From Azolla caroliniana (lineage: Eukaryota > Plantae > Polypodiophyta), in NCBI GenBank assembly GCA_043228905.1, contig JBHGNT010000026.1, positions 248,001 through 312,000 on the forward strand: 64,000 bases of DNA, in the 5' to 3' direction. The first letter of the stretch is position 1. Every line of letters starts with the position of its first letter. The notes beneath the pieces were generated by a model. It was not told where the DNA came from. It saw nothing but the letters and a program-made list of their open reading frames with translations, and did no database searches. A program made the translations under genes and the position numbers. Of the stretch, positions 1 to 12,354 are shown piece after piece.

Positions 1-3000
1 GGTCATACCTAGCGAGTGTGATATCGGATTTTTGTGTACAAACATGCGAATCGAAGCTAACAACGCTAGCTATGATATGGAATTAAAAAATCAAGATTTT
101 GAAACTGAGGTCGAGAGACATGACGAAATTACCAAATTTGAGGAGGGAGTTGAGAGGGGCCCTTGAGTAAATTAAAATGTTCATACCTAGCGAGTGTGAT
201 ATCGGATTTTTGTGTTCAAACATGCGAATCGAACCTAACAACGCTAGATATGATATGGAATTAAAAAAGCAAGATTTTGAAACTCAGGTCGAGAGACATG
301 ACGAAATTAGCAAATTTGAGGAGTGAGTTGAGAGGAGCCCTTGAGTAAATTAAAATGTTCATACCTAGCGAGTGTGATATCGGAATTTCGTGTAGAAACA
401 TGCGAATCGAAGCGCTATGATATGGAATTATAAAAACAAGATTTTGAAACTCAGGTCGAGAGACATGACGAAATTTCCAAATTTGAGGAGGGAGTTGAGA
501 AGAGCTAGTAGGTAAATTACAATGTTCATACCTGGTTCGTGTGATATCGGATTTCTGTGTTCAAACATGCGAATCGAAGCTAACAACGCTAGCTATGATA
601 TGGAATTACAAAATCAAGATTTTGAAACTCCAGTCGAGAGACATGACGAAATTACCAAATTTGAGGAGTGAGGTTGGAAGAGCGCGTGAGTGAATTAAAA
701 TGTTCATACCTGGCTCGTGTGATATCGGATTTTTGTGTTCAAACATGCGAATTGAAGCTAACAACGCTAGCTATGATATGGAATTAAAAAATCAAGATTT
801 TGAAAATCAGGTCGAGAGGCATGACGAAATTAGCAAATATGAGGAGTGAGTTGAGAGGAGCCCTTGAGTAAATTAAAATGTTCATACCTAGCGAGCGTGA
901 TATCGGATTTTTGTGTTCAAACATGCGAAACGAAGCTAACAACGCTAGCTATGATATGGAATTAAAAAATCAAGATTTTGAAACTCATGTCGAGAGACAT
1001 GACGAAATTAGCAACCTTGACGAGGGAGTTGAGAGGAGCCCTTGAGTAAATTAAAATGTTCATACCTAGCGACCGTGATATTGGATTTTTGTCTTCAAAC
1101 ATGCGAATCGAAGCTAACAACGCTAGCTATGATATGGAATTAAAAAATCAAGATTTTGAAACTGAGGTCGAGAGACATGACGAAATTAGCAACCTTGACA
1201 AGGGAGTTGAGAGGAGCCCTTGAGTAAATTAAAATGTTCATACCTAGCGAGCGTGATATCGGATTTCTGTGTTCAAACATGCGAATCGAAGCTAACAACA
1301 CTAGCTATGATATGGAATTACAAAATCAAGATTTTGAAACTCCAGTCGAGAGACATGATGAAATTACCAAATTTGAGGAGTGAGGTTGGAAGAGCGTGTG
1401 AGTGAATTAAAATGTTCATACCTTGCTCGTGTGATATCGGATTTTTGTGTTCAAACATGCGAATTGAAGCTAACAGGTCGAGAGACATGACGAAATTAGC
1501 AACCTTGACGAGGGAGTTTTAGAGTAGCCCTTGAGTAAATAAAAATGTTCATACCTAGCTCGTGTGATATCGGATTTTTGTGTTCAAACATGCGAATCGA
1601 AGCTAACAACGCTAGCTATGATATGGAATTAAAAAATCAAGATTTTGAAACTCATGTCGAGAGACATGACGAAATTAGCAAATTTGAGGAGTGAGTTGAG
1701 AGGAGCCCTTGAGTAAATTAAAATGGTCATACCTAGCGAGTGTGATATCGGATTTTTGTGTTCAAACATGCGAATCGAAGCTAACAACGCTAGCTATGAT
1801 ATGGAATTAAAAAATCAAGATTTTGAAACTCAGGTCGAGAGACATGACGAAATTAGCAAATTTGAGGAGTGAGTTGAGAGGAGCCCTTGAGTAAATTAAA
1901 ATGGTCATACCTAGCGAGTGTGATATCGGATTGTTGTGTACAAACATGCGAATCGAAGCTAAAAACGCTAGCTATGATATGGAATTGAAAAATCAAGATT
2001 TTGAAACTCAGGTCGAGAGACATGACGAAATTAGCAAATTTGAGGAGTGAGTTGAGAGGAGCCCTTGAGTAAATTAAAATGGTCATACCTAACGAGTGTG
2101 ATATCGGATTTTTGTGTTCAAACATGCGAATAGAAGCTAACAACGCTAGCTATGATATGGAATTAAAATATCAAGATTTTGAAACTCAGGTCGAGAGACA
2201 TGACGAAATTTCCAAATTTGAGGAGGGAGTTGAGAAGAGCTAGTAGGTAAATTACAATGTTCATACCTGGTTCTTGTGATATCGGATTTCTGTGTTCAAA
2301 CATGCGAATCGAAGCTAACAACACTAGCTATGATATGGAATTACAAAATCAAGATTTTGAAACTCCAGTCGAGAGACATGATGAAATTACCAAATTTGAG
2401 GAGTGAGGTTGGAAGAGCGTGTGAGTGAATTAAAATGTTCATACCTTGCTCGTGTGATATCGGATTTTTGTGTTCAAACATGCGAATTGAAGCTAACAGG
2501 TCGAGAGACATGACGAAATTAGCAACCTTGACGAGGGAGTTGAGAGTAGCCCTTGAGTAAATAAAAATGTTCATACCTAGCTCGTGTGATATCGGATTTT
2601 TGTGTTCAAACATGCGAATCGAAGCTAACAACGCTAGCTATGATATGGAATTAAAAAATCAAGATTTTGAAACTAAGGTCGAGAGACATGACGAAATTAG
2701 CAAATTTGAGGAGTGAGTTGAGAGGAGCCCTTGAGTAAATTAAAATGGTCATACCTAGCGAGTGTGATATCGGATTTTTGTGTTCAAACATGCGAATAGA
2801 AGCTAACAACGCTAGCTATGATATGGAATTAAAAAATCAAGTTTTTGTAATTCAGGTCGAGAGACATGACGAAATTTCCAAATTTGAGGAGGGAGTTAAG
2901 AAGAGCTAGTAGGTAAATTACAATGTTCATACCTGGTTCTTGTGATATCGGATTTCTGTGTTCAAACATGCGAATCGAAGCTAACAACACTAGCTATGAT

Positions 3001-3310
3001 ATGGAATTACAAAATCAAGATTTTGAAACTCCAGTCGAGAGACATGATGAAATTAGCAAATTTGAGGAGTGAGTTGAGAGGAGCCCTTGAGTAAATTAAA
3101 ATGGTCATACCTAGCTCGTGTGATATCGGATTTTTGTGTACAAACATGCGAATCGAAGCTAACAATGCTAGCTATGATATGGAATTAAAAAATTAAGATT
3201 TTGAAACTAAGGTCGAGAGACATGACGAAATTAGCAACCTTGACGAGTGAGTTTAGAGGATCCCTTGAGTAAATTAAAATGGTTATACCTAGCTCGTGTG
3301 ATATCGGATT
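1..3310. repeat. Block duplicated at ~11457-14765 (offset 11455-11456 bp, 65 monomers)
   Basis: Rare markers recur at this offset: 11-bp deletion 413/11869, 46-bp deletions ~1476/12931 and ~2499/13953, and ORF pairs 1220/12676, 1853/13308, 2341/13796. Confidence 0.9.
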
Positions 3311-6300
3311 TTTTTGTACAAACATGCGAATCGAAGCTAACAATGCTAGCTATGATATGGAATTAAAAAATTAAGATTTTTAAACTAAGATCGAGAGACA
3401 TGACGAAAGTAGCAACCTTGACGAGTGAGTTTAGAGGAGCCCTTGAGTCAATTAAAATGGTTATACCTAGCGAGTGTGATATCGGATTTTTGTCTTCAAA
3501 CATGCGAATCGAAGCTAACAACGCTAGCTATGATATGGAATTACAAAATCAAGATTTTCAAACTCCAGTCGAGAGACATGACGAAATTACCAAATTTGAG
3601 GAGTGAGGTTGGAAGAGCGCGTGAGTGAATTAAAATGTTCATACCTGGCTCGTGTGATATCGGATTTTTGTGTTCAAACATGCGAATTGAAGCTAACAAC
3701 GCTAGCTATGATATGGAATTAAAAAATCAAGATTTTGAAACTAAGGTCGAGAGACATGACGAAATTAGTAAATTTGAGGAGTGAGTTGAGAGGAGCCCTT
3801 GAGTAAATTAAAATGGTCATACCTAGCGAGTGTGATATCGGATTTTTGTGTTCAAACATGCGAAACGAAGCTAACAACGCTAGCTATGATATGGAATTGA
3901 AAAATCAAGATTTTGAAACTCAGGTCGAGAGACATGACGAAATTAGCAACCATGACGAGGGAGTTGAGAGGAGCCCTTGAGTAAATTCAAATGTTCATAC
4001 CTAGCGAGTCTGATATCGGAATTTTGTGTTCAAACATGCGAATTAAACCTAACAACGCTAGCTATGATCTAGAATTAAAAAAGCAAGATTTTGAAACTCA
4101 GGTCGAGAGTCATGACGGAATTAGCAAATTTGAGGAGTGAGTTGAGAGGAGCCCTTGAGTAAATTAAAATGGTCATACCTAGCGAGTGTGATATCGGATT
4201 TTTGTGTACAAACATGCGAATCGAAGCTAACAACGCTAGCTATGATATGGAATTAAAAAATCAAGATTTTGAAACTAAGGTCGCGAGACATTACGAAATT
4301 TCCAAATTTGAGGAGGGAGTTAAGAAGAGCTAGTAGGTAAATTACAATGTTCATACCTGGTTCTTGTGATATCGGATTTCTGTGTACAAACATGCGAATC
4401 GAAGCTAACAACGCTAGCTATGATATGGAATTAAAAAATCAAGATTTTGAAACTCAGGTCGAGAGACATGACGAAATTTCAAAATTTGAGGAGGGAGTTG
4501 AGAAGAGCTAGTAGGTAAATTACAATGTTCATACCTGGTTCGTGTGATATCGGATATTTGTGTTCAAACATGCGAATCGAAGCTAACAACGCTAGCTATG
4601 ATATGGAATTACAAAATCAAGATTTTGAAACTCAGGTCGAGAGACATGACGAAATTACCAAATTTGAGGAGGGAGTTGAGAGGGGCCCTTGAGTAAATAA
4701 AAATGTTCATACCTAGCGAGTGTGATATCGGATTTTGTTGTTCAAACATGCAAATCGAACCTAACAACGCTAGCTATGATATGGAATTAAAAAAGCAAGA
4801 TTTTGAAACTCAGGTCGAGAGACATGACGAAATTAGCAAATTTGAGGAGTGAGTTGAGAGGAGCCCTTGAGTAAATTAAAATGTTCATACCTAGCGAGTG
4901 TGATATCGGAATTTCGTGTACAAACATGCGAATCGAAGCTAACAACGCTAGCTATGATATGGAATTATAAAATCAAGATTTTGAAACTCAGGTCGAGAGA
5001 CATGACGAAATTTCCAAATTTGAGGAGGGAGTTGAGAAGAGCTAGTAGGTAAATTACAATGTTCATACCTGGTTCGTGTGATATCGGATTTTTGTGTTCA
5101 AACATGCGAATCGAAGCTAACAACGCTAGCTATGATATGGAATTACAAAATCAAGATTTTGAAACTCCAGTCGAGAGACATGACGAAATTACCAAATTTG
5201 AGGAGTGAGGTTGGAAGAGCGCGTGAGTGAATTAAAATGTTCATACCTGGCTCGTATGATATCGGATTTTTGTGTTTAAACATGCGAATTGAAGCTAACA
5301 ACGCTAGCTATGATATGGAATTAAAAAATCAAGATTTTGAAACTAAGGTCGAGAGACATGACGAAATTAGTAAATTTGAGGAGTGAGTTGAGAGGAGCCC
5401 TTGAGTAAATTAAAATGGTCATACCTAGCGAGTGTGATATCGGATTTTTTTGTACAAACATGCGAATCGAAGCTAACAACGCTAGCTATGATATGGAATT
5501 AAAAAATCAAGATTTTGAAACTAAGGTCGAGAGACATGACGAAATTAGAAAATTTGAGGAGTGAGTTGAGAGGAGCCCTTGAGTAAATTAAAATGGTCAT
5601 ACCTAGCGAGTGTGATATCGGATTTTTGTGTACAAACATGCGAATCGAAGCTAAAAACGCTAGCTATGATATGGAATTGAAAAATCAAGATTTTGAAACT
5701 CAGGTCGAGAGACATGACGAAATTACCAAATTTGAGGAGGGAGTTGAGAGGGGCCCTTGAGTAAATTAAAATATTCATACGTAGCGAGTGTGGTATCGGA
5801 ATTTTGTGTTCAAACATGCGAATCAAACCTAACAACGCTAGCTATGATGTAGAATTAAAAAAGCAAGATTTTGAAACTGAGGTCGAGAGACATGACGAAA
5901 TTAGCAACCTTGACAAGGGAGTTGAGAGGAGCCCTTGAGTAAATAAAAATGTACATACCTAGCTCGTGTGATATCGGATTTTTGTGTTCAAACATGCGAA
6001 TCGAAGCTAACAACGCTAGCTATGATATGGAATTAAAAAATCAAGATTTTGAAACTAAGGTCGAGAGACATGACGAAATTAGCAAATTTGAGGAGTGAGC
6101 TGAGAGGAGCCCTTGAGTAAATTAAAATGGTCATACCTAGCGAGTGTGATATCGGATTTTTGTGTACAAACATGCGAATCGAAGCTAACAACGCTAGCTA
6201 TGATATGGAATTAAAATATCAAGATTTTGAAACTCAGGTCGAGAGACATGACGAAATTTCCAAATTTGAGGAGGGAGTTGAGAAGAGCTAGTAGGTAAAT

Positions 6301-9300
6301 TACAATGTTCATACCTGGTTCTTGTGATATCGGATTTCTGTGTACAAACATGCGAATCGAAGCTAACAACGCTAGCTATGATATGGAATTAAAAAAATAA
6401 GATTTTGAAACTCAGGTCGAGAGACATGACGAAATTTCCAAATTTGAGGAGGGACTTGAGAAGAGCTAGTAGGTAAATTACAATGTTCATACCTGGTTCG
6501 TGTGATATCGGATATTTGTGTTCAAACATGCGAATCGAAGCTAACAACGCTAGCTATGATATGGAATTACAAAATCAAGATTTTGAAACTCAGGTCGAGA
6601 GACATGACGAAATTACCAAATTTGAGGAGGGAGTTGAGAGGGGCCCTTGAGTAAATTAAAATGTTCATACCTAGCGAGTGTGATATCGGATTTTGTTGTT
6701 CAAACATGCAAATCGAACCTAACAACGCTAGCTATGATATGGAATTAAAAAATCAAGATTTTGAAACTCAGGTCGAGAGACATGACGAAATTAGCAAATT
6801 TGAGGAGTGAGTTGAGAGGAGCCCTTGAGTAAATTAAAATGTTCATACCTAGCGAGTGTGATATCCGAATTTCGTGTACAAACATGCGAATCGAAGCTAA
6901 CAACGCTAGCTATGATATGGAATTAAAAAATCAAGATTTTGAAACTCAGGTCGAGAGACATGACGAAATTTCCAAATTTGAGGAGGGAGTTGAGAAGAGC
7001 AGTAGGTAAATTACAATGTTCATACCTGGTTCGTGTGATATCGGATTTTTGTGTTCAAACATGCGAATCGAAGCTAACAACGCTAGCTATGATATGGAAT
7101 TACAAAATCAAGATTTTAAAACTCCAGTCGAGAGACATGACGATATTACCAAATTTGAGGAGTGAGGTTGGAAGAGCGCGTGAGTGAATTAAAATGTTCA
7201 TACCTGGCTCGTGTGATATCGGATTTTTGTGTTCAAACATGCGAATTGAAGCTAACAACGCTAGCTATGATATGGAATTAAAAAATCAAGATTTTGAAAA
7301 TCAGGTCGAGAGGCATGACGAAATTAGCAAATATGAGGAGTGAGTTGAGAGGAGCCCTTGAGTAAATTAAAATGTTCATACCTAGCGAGCGTGATATCGG
7401 ATTTTTGTGTTCAAACATGCGAAACGAAGCTAACAACGCTAGCTATGATATGGAATTAAAAAATCAAGATTTTGAAACTCATGTCGAGAGACATGACGAA
7501 ATTAGCAACCTTGACGAGGGAGTTGAGAGGAGCCCTTGAGTAAATTAAAATGTTCATACCTAACGACCGTGATATTGGATTTTTGTCTTCAAACATGCGA
7601 ATCGAAGCTAACAACGCTAGCTATGATATGGAATTAAAAAATCAAGATTTTGAAACTGAGGTCGAGAGACATGACGAAATTAGCAACCTTGACAAGGGAG
7701 TTGAGAGGAGCCCTTGAGTAAATTAAAATGTTCATACCTAGCGAGCGTGATATCGGATTTTTGTGTTCAAACATGTGAATCGAAGCTAACAACGCTAGCT
7801 ATGATATGGAATTAAAAAATCAAGATTTTGAAACTCAGGTCGAGAGACATGACGAAATTAGCAACCTTGACAAGGGCGTTGAGAGGAGCCCTTGAGTAAA
7901 TAAAAATGTTCATACCTAGCTCGTGTGATATCGGAATTTTTTGTTCAAACATGCGAATCGAAGCTAACAACGCTAGCTATGATATGGAATTAAAAAATCA
8001 AGATTTTGAAACTAAGGTCGAGAGACATGACGAAATTAGCAAATTTGAGGAGTGAGTTGAGAGGAGCCCTTGAGTAAATTAAAATGGTCATACCTAGCGA
8101 GTGTGATATCGGATTTTTGTGTTCAAACATGCGAATAGAAGCTAACAACGCTAGCTATGATATGGAATTAAAATATCAAGATTTTGAAACTCAGGTCGAG
8201 AGACATGACGAAATTTCCAAATTTGAGGAGGGACTTGAGAAGAGCTAGTAGGTAAATTACAATGTTCATACCTGGTTCGTGTGATATCGGATATTTGTGT
8301 TCAAACATGCGAATCGAAGCTAACAACACTAGCTATGATATGGAATTACAAAATCAAGATTTTGAAACTCAGGTCGAGAGACATGACGAAATTACCAAAT
8401 TTGAGGAGGGAGTTGAGAGGGGCCCTTGAGTAAATTAAAATGTTCATACCTAGCGAGTGTGATATCGGATTTTGTTGTTCAAACATGCAAATCGAACCTA
8501 ACAACGCTAGCTATGATATGGAATTAAAAAATCAAGATTTTGAAACTCAGGTCGAGAGACATGACGAAATTAGCAAATTTGAGGAGTGAGTTGAGAGGAG
8601 CCCTTGAGTAAATTAAAATGTTCATACCTAGCGAGTGTGATATCGGAATTTCGTGTACAAACATGCGAATCGAAGCTAACAACGCTAGCTATGATATGGA
8701 ATTATAAAATCAAGATTTTGAAACTCAGGTCGAGAGACATGACGAAATTTCCAAATTTGAGGAGGGAGTTGAGAAGAGCTAGTAGGTAAATTACAATGTT
8801 CATACCTGGTTCGTGTGATATCGGATTTTTGTGTTCAAACATGCGAATCGAAGCTAACAACGCTAGCTATGATATGGAATTACAAAATCAAGATTTTGAA
8901 ACTCCAGTCGAGAGACATGACGAAATTACCAAATTTGAGGAGTGAGGTTGGAAGAGCGCGTGAGTGAATTAAAATGTTCATACCTGGCTCGTATGATATC
9001 GGATTTTTGTGTTCAAACATGCGAATTGAAGCTAACAACGCTAGCTATGATATGGAATTAAAAAATCAAGATTTTGAAACTAAGGTCGAGAGACATGACG
9101 AAATTAGTAAATTTGAGGAGTGAGTTGAGAGGAGCCCTTGAGTAAATTAAAATGGTCATACCTAGCGAGTGTGATATCGGATTTTTGTGTTCAAACATGC
9201 GAATAGAAGCTAACAACGCTAGCTATGATATGGAATTAAAAAATCAAGATTTTGAAACTCAGGTCGAGAGACATGACGAAATTTCCAAATTTGAGGAGGG

Positions 9301-12300
9301 AGTTAAGAAGAGCTAGTAGGTAAATTACAATGTTCATACCTGGTTCTTGTGATATCGGATATCTGTGTTCAAACATGCGAATCGAAGCTAACAACACTAG
9401 CTATGATATGGAATTACAAAATCAAGATTTTGAAACTCCAGTCGAGAGACATGATGAAATTACCAAATTTGAGGAGTGAGGTTGGAAGAGCGCGTGAGTG
9501 AATTAAAATGTTCATACCTGGCTCGTGTGATATCGGATTTTTGTGTTCAAATATGCGAATCGAAGCTAACGACGCTAGCTATGATATGGAATTGAAAAAT
9601 CAAGATTTTGAAACACAGGTCGAGACACATGACGAAATTACCAAATTTGAGGAGTGAGTTGAGAGGAGCCCTTGAGTAAATTAAAATGGTCATACCTAGC
9701 GAGTGTGATATCGGATTTTTGTGTACAAATATGCGAATCGAAGCTAACAACGCTAGCTATGATATGGAATTAAAAAATCAAGATTTTGAAACTGAGGTCG
9801 AGACACATGACGAAATTACCAAATTTGAGGAGGGAGTTGAGAGGTGCCCTTAAGTAAATTAAAATGTTCATACCTAGCGAGTGTGATATCGGATTTTTGT
9901 GTTCAAACATGCGAATCGAAGCTAACAACGCTAGCTATGATATGGAATTAAAAAATCAAGATTTTGAAACTCATGTCGAGAGACATGACGAAATTAGCAA
10001 ATTTGAGGAGTGAGTTGACAGGAGCCCTTGAGTAAATTAAAATGGTCATACCTAGCGAGTGTGATATCGGATTTTTGTGTTCAAACATGCGAATCGAAGC
10101 TAACAACGCTAGCTATGATATGGAATTAAAAAATCAAGATTTTGAAACTCAGGTCGAGAGACATGACGAAATTAGCAAATTTGAGGAGTGAGTTGAGAGG
10201 AGCCCTTGAGTAAATTAAAATGGTCATACCTAGCGAGTGTGATATCGGATTTTTGTGTACAAACATGCGAATCGAAGCTAAAAACGCTAGCTATGATATG
10301 GAATTGAAAAATCAAGATTTTGAAACTCAGGTCGAGAGACATGACGAAATTAGCAAATTTGAGGAGTGAGTTGAGAGGAGCCCTTGAGTAAATTAAAATG
10401 GTCATACCTAGCGAGTGTGATATCGGATTTTTGTGTTCAAACATGCGAATAGAAGCTAACAACGCTAGCTATGATATGGAATTAAAATATCAAGATTTTG
10501 AAACTCAGGTCGAGAGACATGACGAAATTTCCAAATTTGAGGAGGGAGTTGAGAAGAGCTAGTAGGTAAATTACAATGTTCATACCTGGTTCTTGTGATA
10601 TCGGATTTCTGTGTTCAAACATGCGAATCGAAGCTAACAACACTAGCTATGATATGGAATTACAAAATCAAGATTTTGAAACTCCAGTCGAGAGACATGA
10701 TGAAATTACCAAATTTGAGGAGTGAGGTTGGAAGAGCGCGTGAGTGAATTAAAATGTTCATACCTGGCTCGTGTGATATCGGATTTTTGTGTTCAAATAT
10801 GCGAATCGAAGCTAACGACGCTAGCTATGATATGGAATTGAAAAATCAAGATTTTGAAACACAGGTCGAGACACATGACGAAATTACCAAATTTGAGGAG
10901 TGAGTTGAGAGGAGCCCTTGAGTAAATTAAAATGGTCATACCTAGCGAGTGTGATATCGGATTTTTGTGTACAAATATGCGAATCGAAGCTAACAACGCT
11001 AGCTATGATATGGAATTAAAAAATCAAGATTTTGAAACTGAGGTCGAGACACATGACGAAATTACCAAATTTGAGGAGGGAGTTGAGAGGGGCCCTTAAG
11101 TAAATTAAAATGTTCATACCTAGCGAGTGTGATATCGGATTTTTGTGTTCAAACATCCGAATCGAACCTAACAACGCTAGCTATGATATGGAATTAAAAA
11201 AGCAAGATTTTGAAACTCAGGTCGAGAGACATGACGAAATTAGCAAATTTGAGGAGTGAGTTGAGAGGAGCCCTTGAGTAAATTAAAATGTTCATACCTA
11301 GCGAGTGTGATATCGGAATTTCGTGTACAAACATGCGAATCGAAGTGCTATGATATGGAATTAAAAAATCAAGATTTTGAAACACAGGTCGAGACACATG
11401 ACGAAATTACCAAATTTGAGGAGTGAGTTGAGAGGAGCCCTTGAGTAAATTAAAATGGTCATACCTAGCGAGTGTGATATCGGATTTTTGTGTACAAACA
11501 TGCGAATCGAAGCTAACAACGCTAGCTATGATATGGAATTAAAAAATCAAGATTTTGAAACTGAGGTCGAGAGACATGACGAAATTACCAAATTTGAGGA
11601 GGGAGTTGAGAGGGGCCCTTGAGTAAATTAAAATGTTCATACCTAGCGAGTGTGATATCGGATTTTTGTGTTCAAACATGCGAATCGAACCTAACAACGC
11701 TAGATATGATATGGAATTAAAAAAGCAAGATTTTGAAACTCAGGTCGAGAGACATGACGAAATTAGCAAATTTGAGGAGTGAGTTGAGAGGAGCCCTTGA
11801 CTAAATTAAAATGTTCATACCTAGCGAGTGTGATATCGGAATTTCGTGTAGAAACATGCGAATCGAAGCGCTATGATATGGAATTATAAAAACAAGATTT
11901 TGAAACTCAGGTCGAGAGACATGACGAAATTTCCAAATTTGAGGAGGGAGTTGAGAAGAGCTAGTAGGTAAATTACAATGTTCATACCTAGTTCGTGTGA
12001 TATCGGATTTTTGTGTTCAAACATGCGAATCGAAGCTAACAACGCTAGCTATGATATGGAATTACAAAATCAAGATTTTGAAACTCCAGTCGAGAGACAT
12101 GACGAAATTACCAAATTTGAGGAGTGAGGTTGGAAGAGCGCGTGAGTGAATTAAAATGTTCATACCTGGCTCGTGTGATATCGGATTTTTGTGTTCAAAC
12201 ATGCGAATTGAAGCTAACAACGCTAGCTATGATATGGAATTACAAAATCAAGATTTTGAAAATCAGGTCGAGAGGCATGACGAAATTAGCAAATATGAGG

Positions 12301-12354
12301 AGTGAGTTGAGAGGAGCCCTTGAGTAAATTAAAATGTTCATACCTAGCGAGCGT

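Noticed and set aside
536-551. CENP-B-box-like motif TTCGTGTGATATCGGA in B monomers
   Set aside because: The canonical core is TTCG-N4-A-N2-CGGG. Here the spacing is N3 and the last G is absent, so it is a near miss that may be chance.
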